Positions 52,186 to 61,750 of a stretch of DNA of 64,000 nt are shown piece by piece. The stretch's first letter is position 1; each line of letters begins with the position of its first letter. The stretch lies in contig NC_134025.1 in the NCBI RefSeq assembly GCF_964204645.1, positions 17,831,101 through 17,895,100 of the forward strand, read 5' to 3'. The stretch is from Tubulanus polymorphus. Its lineage: Eukaryota; Animalia; Nemertea. A model generated the notes under the pieces. It searched no databases, had not been told where the DNA came from, and saw nothing but the letters and a program-made list of their open reading frames with translations. The translations under genes were made by a program, and so were the position numbers.

Positions 52186-52663
52186 AGAATTTGAAAAAAT
52201 TGATGGGGTATGATAGTGAATTGGAGAGTGATGATGAAAGTGATTCAGAAAGTAATTATCTAACACTCAAAAAGTAATAAAGGTTGAAAATTGTATAAAA
52301 TAATAGTAAATAAAAAAGGGGGTTTTAAGTAATTGAGGTATTTAAGGTATCTAATACATATCTAATACAATCTAATACATAAAATATCTTATTTTATAAA
52401 TTGATATTCATATGGAAATTGAAACCTCAGTAATAATAAATAACCTTTATTATTTTCAAACTTATTCATATATTAGTTGAAAAAATAAAAATAAATTGGT
52501 TGAAAATTGTATAAATAATATTTATTTAAAAAAGGGGGTTTTAAGTATTTAAGGTATCTAATAGGGTATCAGGTATTAGGGTATCTAATACATAGGTATT
52601 CATGAATAACATATAAATGAATAACTTCTAAAATCAATTTAGTAAAAAAAATATGTATAATAA

Positions 52664-53314
52664 ATGGAACCAGAACAACCACTAACTATAAATATTACAA
52701 ATAACACTGGCGTTATAAACATATACTACAAGAAGCGTTCTAAATGTGAATTAGCTAAATCATTAACAGAATTTAGTAAGCGTAATATTAGCAAAGATGG
52801 TTTTCAATATTGCTGTAAAACTTGTTTTAAACTATATACCAAACAATATCGAGAAGATAATATAGAACATTATAATTATTATATGGCAGAATATATGAGA
52901 GTAAGATATCAAACAGATCTTAATTTTAGATTGAAACAATGCTTAAGGACTAGATTAACACAATTATTCAACAAAGAAACACATTCAGAGACACTATCTA
53001 ATTTATTGGGTTGTTCAGATGAATTCTTAAAATCATGGATAATATATCAATTCGATGATAAAATGAATATAGATAATTATGGTGAATACTTTCATATTGA
53101 TCACGTGTTGCCGATTTCTAAATTTGACATGAGTGATGATTATAATAAGAAGCTAATCTGGTGCTGGAAGAATTTAAGGCCTTTAGAAAAGAAGGAAAAC
53201 ATAATTAAATCTAATAAACTAGATTTACAGTTATATTTAGATCAACTGGATAAAGCAAAGACATTTGTTAAATTATGGAACTCAACACATACTGAAAAAT
53301 ACGTTGAATGTTAA
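52664..53314 (+). CDS. Zn-finger/HNH endonuclease, intact ORF
   Basis: CCKTC finger, then LLGCS...NYGEYFHIDHVLPIS...NLRPLEKKENIIKSNK (HNH). Confidence 0.88.
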   Translation: MEPEQPLTINITNNTGVINIYYKKRSKCELAKSLTEFSKRNISKDGFQYCCKTCFKLYTKQYREDNIEHYNYYMAEYMRVRYQTDLNFRLKQCLRTRLTQLFNKETHSETLSNLLGCSDEFLKSWIIYQFDDKMNIDNYGEYFHIDHVLPISKFDMSDDYNKKLIWCWKNLRPLEKKENIIKSNKLDLQLYLDQLDKAKTFVKLWNSTHTEKYVEC

Positions 53315-53384
53315 ACGCTTAGAAAACCGGTTACTCTCGATCTATGTCAAACCGCCTGTATGTAATTGTATTAGGTTGTTTACA

Positions 53385-54235
53385 AAAACATCTGTGCCGT
53401 ATTTCATATTCAGTTGAATAGGGCGCACCTCATTTGAATATTGATCGAATGTGCTATTTCAGTTGAAAAGGATTAATCATAAAAGAACAAAGGAACATCT
53501 GTTGCACCAGACAGTGTTTAGCTAGTGAATAACTGGCAGTTATAAACGCGCAGCACATAAGCATAGGAACGTATAGGATATTCTCTCTATAAACACAATT
53601 TTAGGAGTTTACAGTTATAAATGTAAGTACTGTTTTTGTTGTTATTAAGGCGTTGGAAAACGATAAACATGTAAAACTTATCCTGGTAAGATGAGCCACA
53701 AAATGGTCATGTTTAAGTGTTGTAATTAATATTTTACAACTACAACTTCAAGTTAGTTTTATTCTACACTAGATATTTATCTTTTAGATAACAAAATGAA
53801 GGCCATTGAATCAAGAAAGTGAAGATAGATGGATGTGGAATTAGAAATAATGGATATTTCAACTCATGAAACTGTAGCAGTTTAGCCATACTGTATAGGC
53901 TTCCAATGCATTACGTTTGCAGGAATTTCAATTACGTCATTAAGCTGTTGTTAATGTCACATAGTGACAGATGTTGTATTATACTTTATTGATTCCTGCA
54001 TTCCACGCATACCTTACCGCTCGGCTGCCGAGCGGCTTGGAATGTGGAAATCGATAATGATTGTAGAATAAAATATACGTGTGTTTATGAAATAGTATTT
54101 CCACCAGTCGTTTCTTTGAATTTATTTTCAGTTTTAGGATTTATTATCGAGAATCCGAAATGACTTATCTGGACAGTTATAATTACTGCTCCTAATAGAT
54201 AGACAATAGTAGTGAGATAATCTAAATCCTAATTT
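53385..54235 (+). ncRNA. Candidate large structured ncRNA (copy C)
   Basis: ORF-free; many hairpins, long-range helices, and covariation with 30550-31373. Confidence 0.62.
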
Positions 54236-54466
54236 AGATAAAAAGTATTAAAAATTACATATCTTCAACTAGCTAGTATTAGTTATTGTTTTTTTAATAC
54301 TTTCTTTTCAAAAGAGAATACTTTATATTTTGAATAAAAAATACTAAAAAACAATAACTAATACTAAAATTCTTTACCTTTAACTAAGCTAGTATTAATC
54401 TAAAGAGATACTAGTATCATTTGAAGAATACTTATTATATTTTTTTCGCTTTTTTCTCTAATATAA

Positions 54467-55069
54467 ATGTCAAAGAAATCTAATAAGAATAGTATTGATA
54501 TTGAAAAGACATTAGATGATTTGGGTATTAGTGATAATAAAGATACAGTTGTTTCTAATTCTATTCAAGTTAATAACAATATAGATTATGAATACTATTT
54601 AACATGTAAACACCATCTAGAATTATTAATTGCTGGCGGGAAATGTAATCAGTTTATCGGGAAAATAATTACTTTTCAAGAATTAGACTCTATGAAACCA
54701 GATAAAGTAATAAAATATTTTAAGATTTATGAAGAAGCTAGATTAGCTAGAATAAATGATTCTATTTCAGATGGTATTGTCAAATGTTATTCTAAGTTAT
54801 GTAACCAGTTAATACCAATTGATGATGAAAATAAATTAAATAGTGATTTGAAAAATGACTACTTAGTTATGACTGAATTACAAAAATGGGTTGGTTATGC
54901 TTCATTCCAATTAGGATCGGTTATGACATTAATTTCTACTGGTGTCATAACATTTTCGAACATCACGCCTATGGAATATAAATCAGGTAAGAAAGAAACA
55001 GATGTACTACAACCAAACGTCGAAACAGAAAATGAATCAGAACAAAAATTAACTAAAATAAATGAGTGA
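54467..55069 (+). CDS. Conserved Polinton protein with C-terminal hydrophobic segment
   Basis: Intact 200-aa ORF with homologues in copies A and B. Confidence 0.8.
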   Translation: MSKKSNKNSIDIEKTLDDLGISDNKDTVVSNSIQVNNNIDYEYYLTCKHHLELLIAGGKCNQFIGKIITFQELDSMKPDKVIKYFKIYEEARLARINDSISDGIVKCYSKLCNQLIPIDDENKLNSDLKNDYLVMTELQKWVGYASFQLGSVMTLISTGVITFSNITPMEYKSGKKETDVLQPNVETENESEQKLTKINE

Positions 55070-55544
55070 TGACGTTAAGAAAAAGGCTAGATCCGAGAAA
55101 CAAATTAAATGGGCAAGAGAATTAGGTAAAAGATCTTCAGAATTAAAAAAAGCTAAGAAAAATAAATTAACTGATATAGAGAAACAAATTAAATGGGCAA
55201 GAGAATTAGGTAAAAGATCTTCAGAATTAAAAAAAGCTAAGAAAAATAAATTAACTGATATAAATGAATCACAGAAATTATCTGATATTGATTCGAATGA
55301 TAATACATCTGATTCTTCTAATGCTGGAAGAAATTATAAATTATATATTACAATTGGGTTAATCACAGTTATTATATTATCCGGTGTAATATATAAATCA
55401 AAATTCAAATCTGATGATAAAGATGATTCCAATGATGATCGGAAACTTAGTTATCCGTGTACAGACAATAAACCTATTATACCAGAAAATAAGTCAAATC
55501 ATAAAGCTTTTGAAACTAAATCTAAATTATTATTAATGGATTAA
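55062..55544 (+). CDS. Small basic transmembrane protein with an internal 28-aa duplication
   Basis: EKQIKWARELGKRSSELKKAKKNKLTDI twice; one TM segment. Confidence 0.75.
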   Translation: MSDDVKKKARSEKQIKWARELGKRSSELKKAKKNKLTDIEKQIKWARELGKRSSELKKAKKNKLTDINESQKLSDIDSNDNTSDSSNAGRNYKLYITIGLITVIILSGVIYKSKFKSDDKDDSNDDRKLSYPCTDNKPIIPENKSNHKAFETKSKLLLMD

Positions 55545-55550
55545 AAGAAG

Positions 55551-56631
55551 ATGAAAAAAGAACAATATTTAAGAGATTTATATTATAACCCAGAAAGTGA
55601 AGTATCATATTCTAACGTTTCAGAATTATGGAATAAAATTAAATCTGAAAATAGTGATATAAAATATAGTGAATTAAAATCATGGTTACAAAACCAACCA
55701 ACATATCAAATCCACAAGAAAATGGATAAAACTTATTTAACAAGAAAAGTTATGGTTTCATATATCGTTCAACAATGGCAAGCAGATTTAATTGACATGA
55801 AGAACTTAGAAGAATACAACAAAGGATATTTCTAGATATTGAATGTTATAGACATATTCAGTAGATACGCATGGTCAATTCCAATCAAAAATAAAACTGG
55901 AATAGAAGTAACAAATGCTTTTAAATCTATATTTAAAGAAGCTATTCCAGATAAGATACAATTTGATGAAGGTAAGGAATTCTATAACAAACATTTCAAA
56001 AAACTATTATCTGATAACGATGTTTTTTTTAACACACTCAGATAAAAAAGCATCTATTATAGAAAGATTTAATAAAACATTGAAAACTAGAATGTGGAAA
56101 TATTTTACTGCTAATGAAACATATAAATATATCGATGTGTTAGATGATTTAGTGAAAGGTTATAATAATTCTAAACATAGTTCTATAAATATGAAACCTA
56201 TACAAGCTAGAAAAGAAGATAATTCGGAAATAGTTTGGAATAATTTATATGGGGCGTTTGTTACACACGATTTCGGTGAACCTAAATTTAAAATAGGACA
56301 ACACGTAAGAAAGTCTAAATATCGAAAAACATTTTATAAAGGTTATACCCTTAAATTTTACTGAAGAAATATTCAAGATTAAAAAGATAATATTAACTAA
56401 ACCTTTTGTTTATAAATTAGAAGATCTAAAAGATGAAGAAATATTAGGTTATTTCTATGAACAAGAATTATCACTTGTACCAAATCCAGATGAAATAGAA
56501 TACAAAATAGAAAAAGTATTGAAAACAAAAACTCTTAAAGGAAAAAGTATTCTTTGGTGAAATATAAAGGATACGATGATAAATTTAATGAATGGATTTT
56601 ATCTAGTAAAATTAAAAGAATAAATGAATAA
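55551..56631 (+). pseudogene. RVE integrase with chromodomain
   Basis: Same motifs as 32530; stop at 55833 and several frameshifts. Confidence 0.92.
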
Positions 56632-57235
56632 AGATTTATTTATATTTGAACCGCATAATATGTTAGTTACTGGAGTAACCAATTGTGGTAAAACACATTT
56701 CATATTAGTATTGTTAGAAACTATTTATAAGAATCATTTTGATAATATAATATTATTTCGTCCTACTTATGAAATGAATAAAACATATAATAGAGATATA
56801 GTTAAGATGAAAAAGTTTATTATATTAAATCCTAAAACAGTAAAAGAAAATTTAGATAATTGTATAAAAATAGCAATTGATGCTTATAAAGGATCAAATA
56901 CATTATTCATTGTAGATGATTGCGCAAATTTACATGATTCAAAATTGAGAGAAAGTGAGTTATGTTATTTAGCTTTCTCTGGAAGACATTTTGGGATAAC
57001 AACATGGGTTTTAAATCAAAAATATAATTCAATTGTTAAAGACTTTAGGGAGAATATAAGATTTCTAGTTTTATTCTACAATAAAGATAGAAAATCTATG
57101 CAACAATCATTGGAAGAAAATCAAATTATACCTACTGAATTATATGATGAATATATGAATAAATTAAAGAATAATAAAGGTTCAAAATTATTACTGAGAC
57201 TACAATTTCCATATGAATATAAATTTATAAAATAA
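56624..57235 (+). CDS. A32/FtsK-like packaging ATPase, intact ORF
   Basis: GVTNCGKT, FIVDD, GRHFGI, NQKY and FREN. Confidence 0.92.
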   Translation: MNKDLFIFEPHNMLVTGVTNCGKTHFILVLLETIYKNHFDNIILFRPTYEMNKTYNRDIVKMKKFIILNPKTVKENLDNCIKIAIDAYKGSNTLFIVDDCANLHDSKLRESELCYLAFSGRHFGITTWVLNQKYNSIVKDFRENIRFLVLFYNKDRKSMQQSLEENQIIPTELYDEYMNKLKNNKGSKLLLRLQFPYEYKFIK

Positions 57236-57327
57236 CTATTTATATATATATATCCTATAAGAGCTTACACTTTTATATTGAATAATCTGTCAATTTAAAT
57301 GTTATTCATTTATATGAATATTTTAAG

Positions 57328-57730
57328 AGTAATAGGGGTAATAGGCTTTCATATCAAAGGTTGAATGGTCGAGTTCATTAAAAACATATATTAAAAGTAA
57401 TTTAAAACTATAATATATTTTCATAACCGTGTGTATTTCAGTTGAATAAACGAATAATTATTATTATTTGAATATATTTGATTATATGAATTTGTGTATT
57501 GTAAATAAATCAATTGGTCGCGGAGCGGAGCGGTAGCGAAGTGGAGCGACCAATTGATTTAATATAATATGCTTTTTAAATTATTGATATCTTAGAATAA
57601 ATATTTAGTTATAATATAAAATGCACACGGTTATGAAAATATATTATAGTTTTAAATTACTTTTAATGTTTTGTTTTTAATGAACTCGACCGTTCGACCT
57701 TTGGTATGAAAGCCTATTACCCCTATTACT
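57328..57730. repeat. Right terminal palindrome (~400 bp)
   Basis: agtaataggggtaataggctttcat...caattggtcgc[GC apex]gcgaccaattg...atgaaagcctattacccctattact. Confidence 0.9.
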
Positions 57731-57731
57731 G

Positions 57732-59126
57732 ATGTCGCCGAAAACTTACAATAGAGCTCTTCAAGTGGCGCACCACCTTGCCCAGTTGAGCTCTGGTCCG
57801 AAAGCGATTCGGAGGAAGAAGGACCATCTGAAGATGTTCCTGCGGCCGGCGGCTTGCACCGAAGCAGTGACGGTGCAGCTGCACGCTGCCGCGGACGTCT
57901 GGATGGAGACAGTCTCGAAAGAGCTGACCATTCATTATGCCGGCACATTTGTAGCGCTAATGGGTGATCCTCTGCCGGACTGTCTGTCAGCACAGGATGT
58001 CGCCCTGACATGGGCCCGGAGGAATTTCGGCCCCCGTCTGAGCCCCGGAACAATCCGGCTTTTCAACATCGCGCTCGATTTGCGGTCGAAATTCCGCGGT
58101 CAGGCTCTGTCTGACAAACTCAGAAATGTCTTATCTAATCCACCCTCTTCCCCTTCTCATTTCAGGTCACACCACCAGGAGGCACCCACGGAGCCGAAGA
58201 TTCGTCCGCCGCCGAGACCGAGCCGGAAGATTCGACAGCCCGCGACGCCGAGGACGCCTGCACCAACCGCAGCTGCGCCCGCCGCGCCCACAGCGCCTCC
58301 TTCTTTTTCTAATTCCAGGTCACCGAGAAGCTACGCGGATGTCACCAGGACGCCACCAACCAGAATGGCGCCACCACCGAGAAGTCCGACGCCGCCGCCG
58401 CCGCCACCAAGAAGTCCGACGCCGCCGCCTCGAAACCCGACGCCGCCGCCGCAGAGAACGCCGACCGCACCAACCATCAGTCCGATGCCGTCTCTCTCTT
58501 CTTCTCTTTCCAGCTCTCCGTCTCATTACAGGTCACCAGGGGGCCTACTGCCAGCGCGAAGTCCGACGCCAACACCGAGACCGATGGCGCCCAAGGAAGT
58601 TCGCCGTCATCCGAATACGGGTCGGAAGAAACAGGATTGGAGTCTGCCACCAACCCGGTGACCCATTCTGGTGATTGGTGACTCAAATCTGAGTAACATC
58701 ACATCAAGCCGCCGCCCGGATGACGTCCAGATTGAGAGCTTCCCCGGCTGCAAGATAGCTCATCTCGCCGACCTGATCGATGATGTACCGGAGCGCCGAG
58801 ATCGCCCGGATACGGTGATCATCAGCGTCGGAATCAACAACCGCGACAACAACTTCGAAGCGACCACCAGGAAGACTACACAGCGCCTGATCAACGCCGC
58901 AGTCAAAAAGTATCAGCACTCGTTCGTCCACTTCGTTCAACTCAACACGACCCGCGAACACCAGCAGTTCGCCCGGAAGTTCAACGAACTCCTCGAGAAT
59001 AACGACGACGTCACCGCGATACCACCCATCGATGATCGACGCTTCAGAGTTGTTGGAGACGGGATCCACTGGAACCGTGGTACAGCTAACACCCTGCTGG
59101 ACCACTGGCTCAGTGGTTTAAACTAA
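57732..59126 (+). CDS. ORF1: proline-rich region plus SGNH/GDSL hydrolase, with an in-frame TGA at 58659
   Basis: ORFs 57732 and 58671 are in the same frame; SGNH blocks GDSN, FPG, GINN and DGIH. Confidence 0.75.
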
Positions 59127-59281
59127 GTATTAGTGAGACCAACGGGTCCACTATTGGTGAGTTAAATCAACCGGAATTAACCAATGCTTCTCTGATTTCT
59201 TCCATTTCCAGGTCCGACGAACACGAAGAACCGGCACCAAACCAAGCGCGACGCGATCCGGTCACCGCTCTCGGGAGCCCG

Positions 59282-61568
59282 GTGATCAACCTCACACGTT
59301 CACTCCGCCTAAGTCCGGCGCAACATCAGCTACTCCGAAAGGGCCTCACTTATTGCCCGACTCCAAAAATCGGTTCTGATGCCGCCGCGACCGAGCGCAC
59401 CAAGGGAGTGTGCCGATTCAACCGGCTAGTGAAACTCGACCATCACTTCCGAGACAAACCGGACCGCGAGGCTCCGCGCTTCCGTCTGCCCAGCAGTTGG
59501 GCTCCGGATGAAATAGAACCAGTAATCGCCGGGTTCTGCAACGACGCGCACGAATTGGCTCAACAAACCAGGGATACGCGTCGTGTAAATGATAGCCTCA
59601 CTAAACAGGAACGCGAAGCCCTCAAGCAGCTGCGTGACAACACTAATATTGTCATCAAAGCCGCCGATAAGGGTTCCGCCACGGTTATCATGGACCGCGA
59701 CGACTACGTCCACGAAGCCATGCGCCAACTAGCCGATCTCGAGTATTATCAGCCGCTGCAGCAACCGATCTTCGAACAGACCGGGGAAGAAATTCGCGAA
59801 ATCATCGAAAATATGGCTCGACGAAAAATCATCCCGCTAAAAACCGCCGAATATCTATTACCGCCCGATAATCCGAAACAGAGGCAGTTCTATCTGCTTC
59901 CCAAAATCCATAAAGAACGCGAGAAGTGGACGGTACCCGATCGCGTACCGCCGGGGAGACCGATCGTCTCCGACTGCGGCTCCGAAACCTACGAAATTTC
60001 GGAATGGATCGACTACTATTTGCAGCCGATCGCCCGCGGTCACCCGTCGTACGTCAAAGATACCAACCACTTTCTAGATATTTTTGCCGGTAAACAGTTT
60101 AGCGCCGATGCGTTACTCGTCACCATGGACATCGATTCGCTCTACACCAACATCCACCACGAAGAGGGTATCGCCAGGATCCGACAAGCTCTCCGAGATA
60201 ACCCAAACCCGGGACGCCCGGATGCAGAGCTGCTGAAACTACTCGAAATCAGCCTGAAGAAAAACGACTTTAACTTTAACGAAAACACATATTTACAGGT
60301 AAAAGGTACCGCAATGGGTAAGCGTTTTGCTCCTTCTTATGCCAATATCTTTGTAGCCGAATGGGAAAAAGAAGGTCTGTCCAGAAGCGAACTCAACCAT
60401 CGCTATACGCTCGGTTCATCGACGACATCTACATAGTTTGGGAACACGGCCGCGAAACGTTGATGCAATTCATCGACGTCTTACAAACAGTGAGCCGATC
60501 CATCGAACTCAAGTTCGAAATCAGCGACACCAGCGTCAACTTCCTGGACGTAACCACTTTCAAAGGCCCGCGATTCGAGACAAGTGGCACAGTAGACACC
60601 AAAGTCTACTTCAAACCAACCGATTCGCATCAATTACTACATCGATCTTCGTTTCACCCTAAACACACATTTTCTGGTATAGTTAAAAGTCAAATTCTCC
60701 GGTTCCGGCGCATTTGCAATAACGATTCGGACCTACACCCAGCGTCCGGAACCGTCCTTAAAGTACTCAGAGGTCGTGGCTACAAAGACCGCGAACTGCG
60801 ACACATCAAAAGCCAAGCTCTACGGCACCACGCCGAACGAGATCTACGAGAACAACAACGGGCCAATGAACCACCGAAAAAGCGTTTACCGCTTATCTTA
60901 CCTCACTCCGAAGCCAACCGAACCCTAGCCCGTAACATCCGAACCAGATTCACGGAACTGGCTACGGCCACCGGCCGGTCGGACGAGGTATCCACGGTCA
61001 CCGCCTACACCAAGCACAAGAGTCTCAAGGATCTCCTAACTTCGTCGCAGCTCAAACCCACGGAGCCACCCCCTCCCCGAGTCCCCTCTTCACCGTTTCG
61101 TAACAGAAATACTTCCGTTGTTTCCAATTCTTCTATTTCCAGGTCTACTCAAAGAACTCCGTCAACCCGACGTCGAGGCACCAAGAAATGCAGAACACCG
61201 AGATGTCGTACGTGTCCACTCGTCCGAGAAACAACCGTTTGCCGCAGCCACAACAAAATGCACGCGATCCGCAGCACAATTAATTGCGCGACCCGTGAAA
61301 TTGTATACTGCATCGAATGCACCAAGTGCAACATGCTGTACGTCGGCCAAACCGGAATGTCTCTACGAGAACGCGTCACTCATCACGTCTCACGCATCAG
61401 AACGAAGAATTCGACTCCAGTCTCGGACCACTTCAACCAAGTCGAACACACCCGCGAACACTTTCGGGTGTACGGTCAGGCTCCACGAGACCGATCCGCG
61501 AAGCAGCCGAACAAGACTGGATGCGACGACTCGACACGAACACGCCCCGAGGCATGAACGTCCCGTAG
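59282..61568 (+). pseudogene. Penelope-type reverse transcriptase plus GIY-YIG endonuclease
   Basis: IKAADKG, LPKIHK, GRPIVS, DIDSLYTNI, GTAMG, RFIDD, VYFKPT, CCC linker, VYCIEC...YVGQT...R...H. Frameshifts near 60385 and 61475. Confidence 0.93.
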
Positions 61569-61662
61569 ACCGCCTCACTACAACAATTAACTCTTACTAC
61601 TTTTTTACAGGGATTACCCGCTGCCCGTGCACTAGTGGGGTCTCCAAACCTTCGGTTTGGTC

Positions 61663-61750
61663 CCCTAACCTCTATCTCTAAACCTAACCCTCTGAACCCT
61701 CTTGACCCTAACCCTAACCCTCTGGACCCTCTAGACCCTAAACCCTACCC
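61663..61750 (+). repeat. Degenerate (CCCTAA)n telomere-like tract
   Basis: ccctaacc...aacctaaccct...ccctaaccctaaccct...ccctaaaccctacccc. Confidence 0.75.

Larger units (their letters stand above)
45621..57730 (+). mobile_element. Polinton/Maverick copy C (both ends present, PolB absent)
   Basis: Starts AGTAATAGGG and ends CCCTATTACT; carries penton, MCP, HNH, integrase and ATPase genes; no matching 6-bp TSD (cgtcga vs gatgtc). Confidence 0.9.
57731..61750 (+). mobile_element. Penelope-like retroelement with SGNH ORF1
   Basis: GC-rich block with a Pro-rich/SGNH ORF, PLE-type RT, C-terminal GIY-YIG and a CCCTAA-like tail. Confidence 0.88.

Noticed and set aside
53385-54235. Group I or group II intron, or a decayed protein gene
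   Set aside because: No recognisable catalytic-core consensus, no interrupted host gene, and no reading frame shared between copies. Kept as an unclassified ncRNA candidate.
45613-57736. gacgtc / gatgtc as the TSD of Polinton C
   Set aside because: The left hexamer is 2 bp away from the AGTAAT end and has a mismatch, and the two flanks belong to different elements.
57652-61681. Extra overlapping and antisense ORFs (e.g. Arg-rich 58126-58674)
   Set aside because: Shadow frames of GC-rich, Pro-rich Penelope coding sequence.
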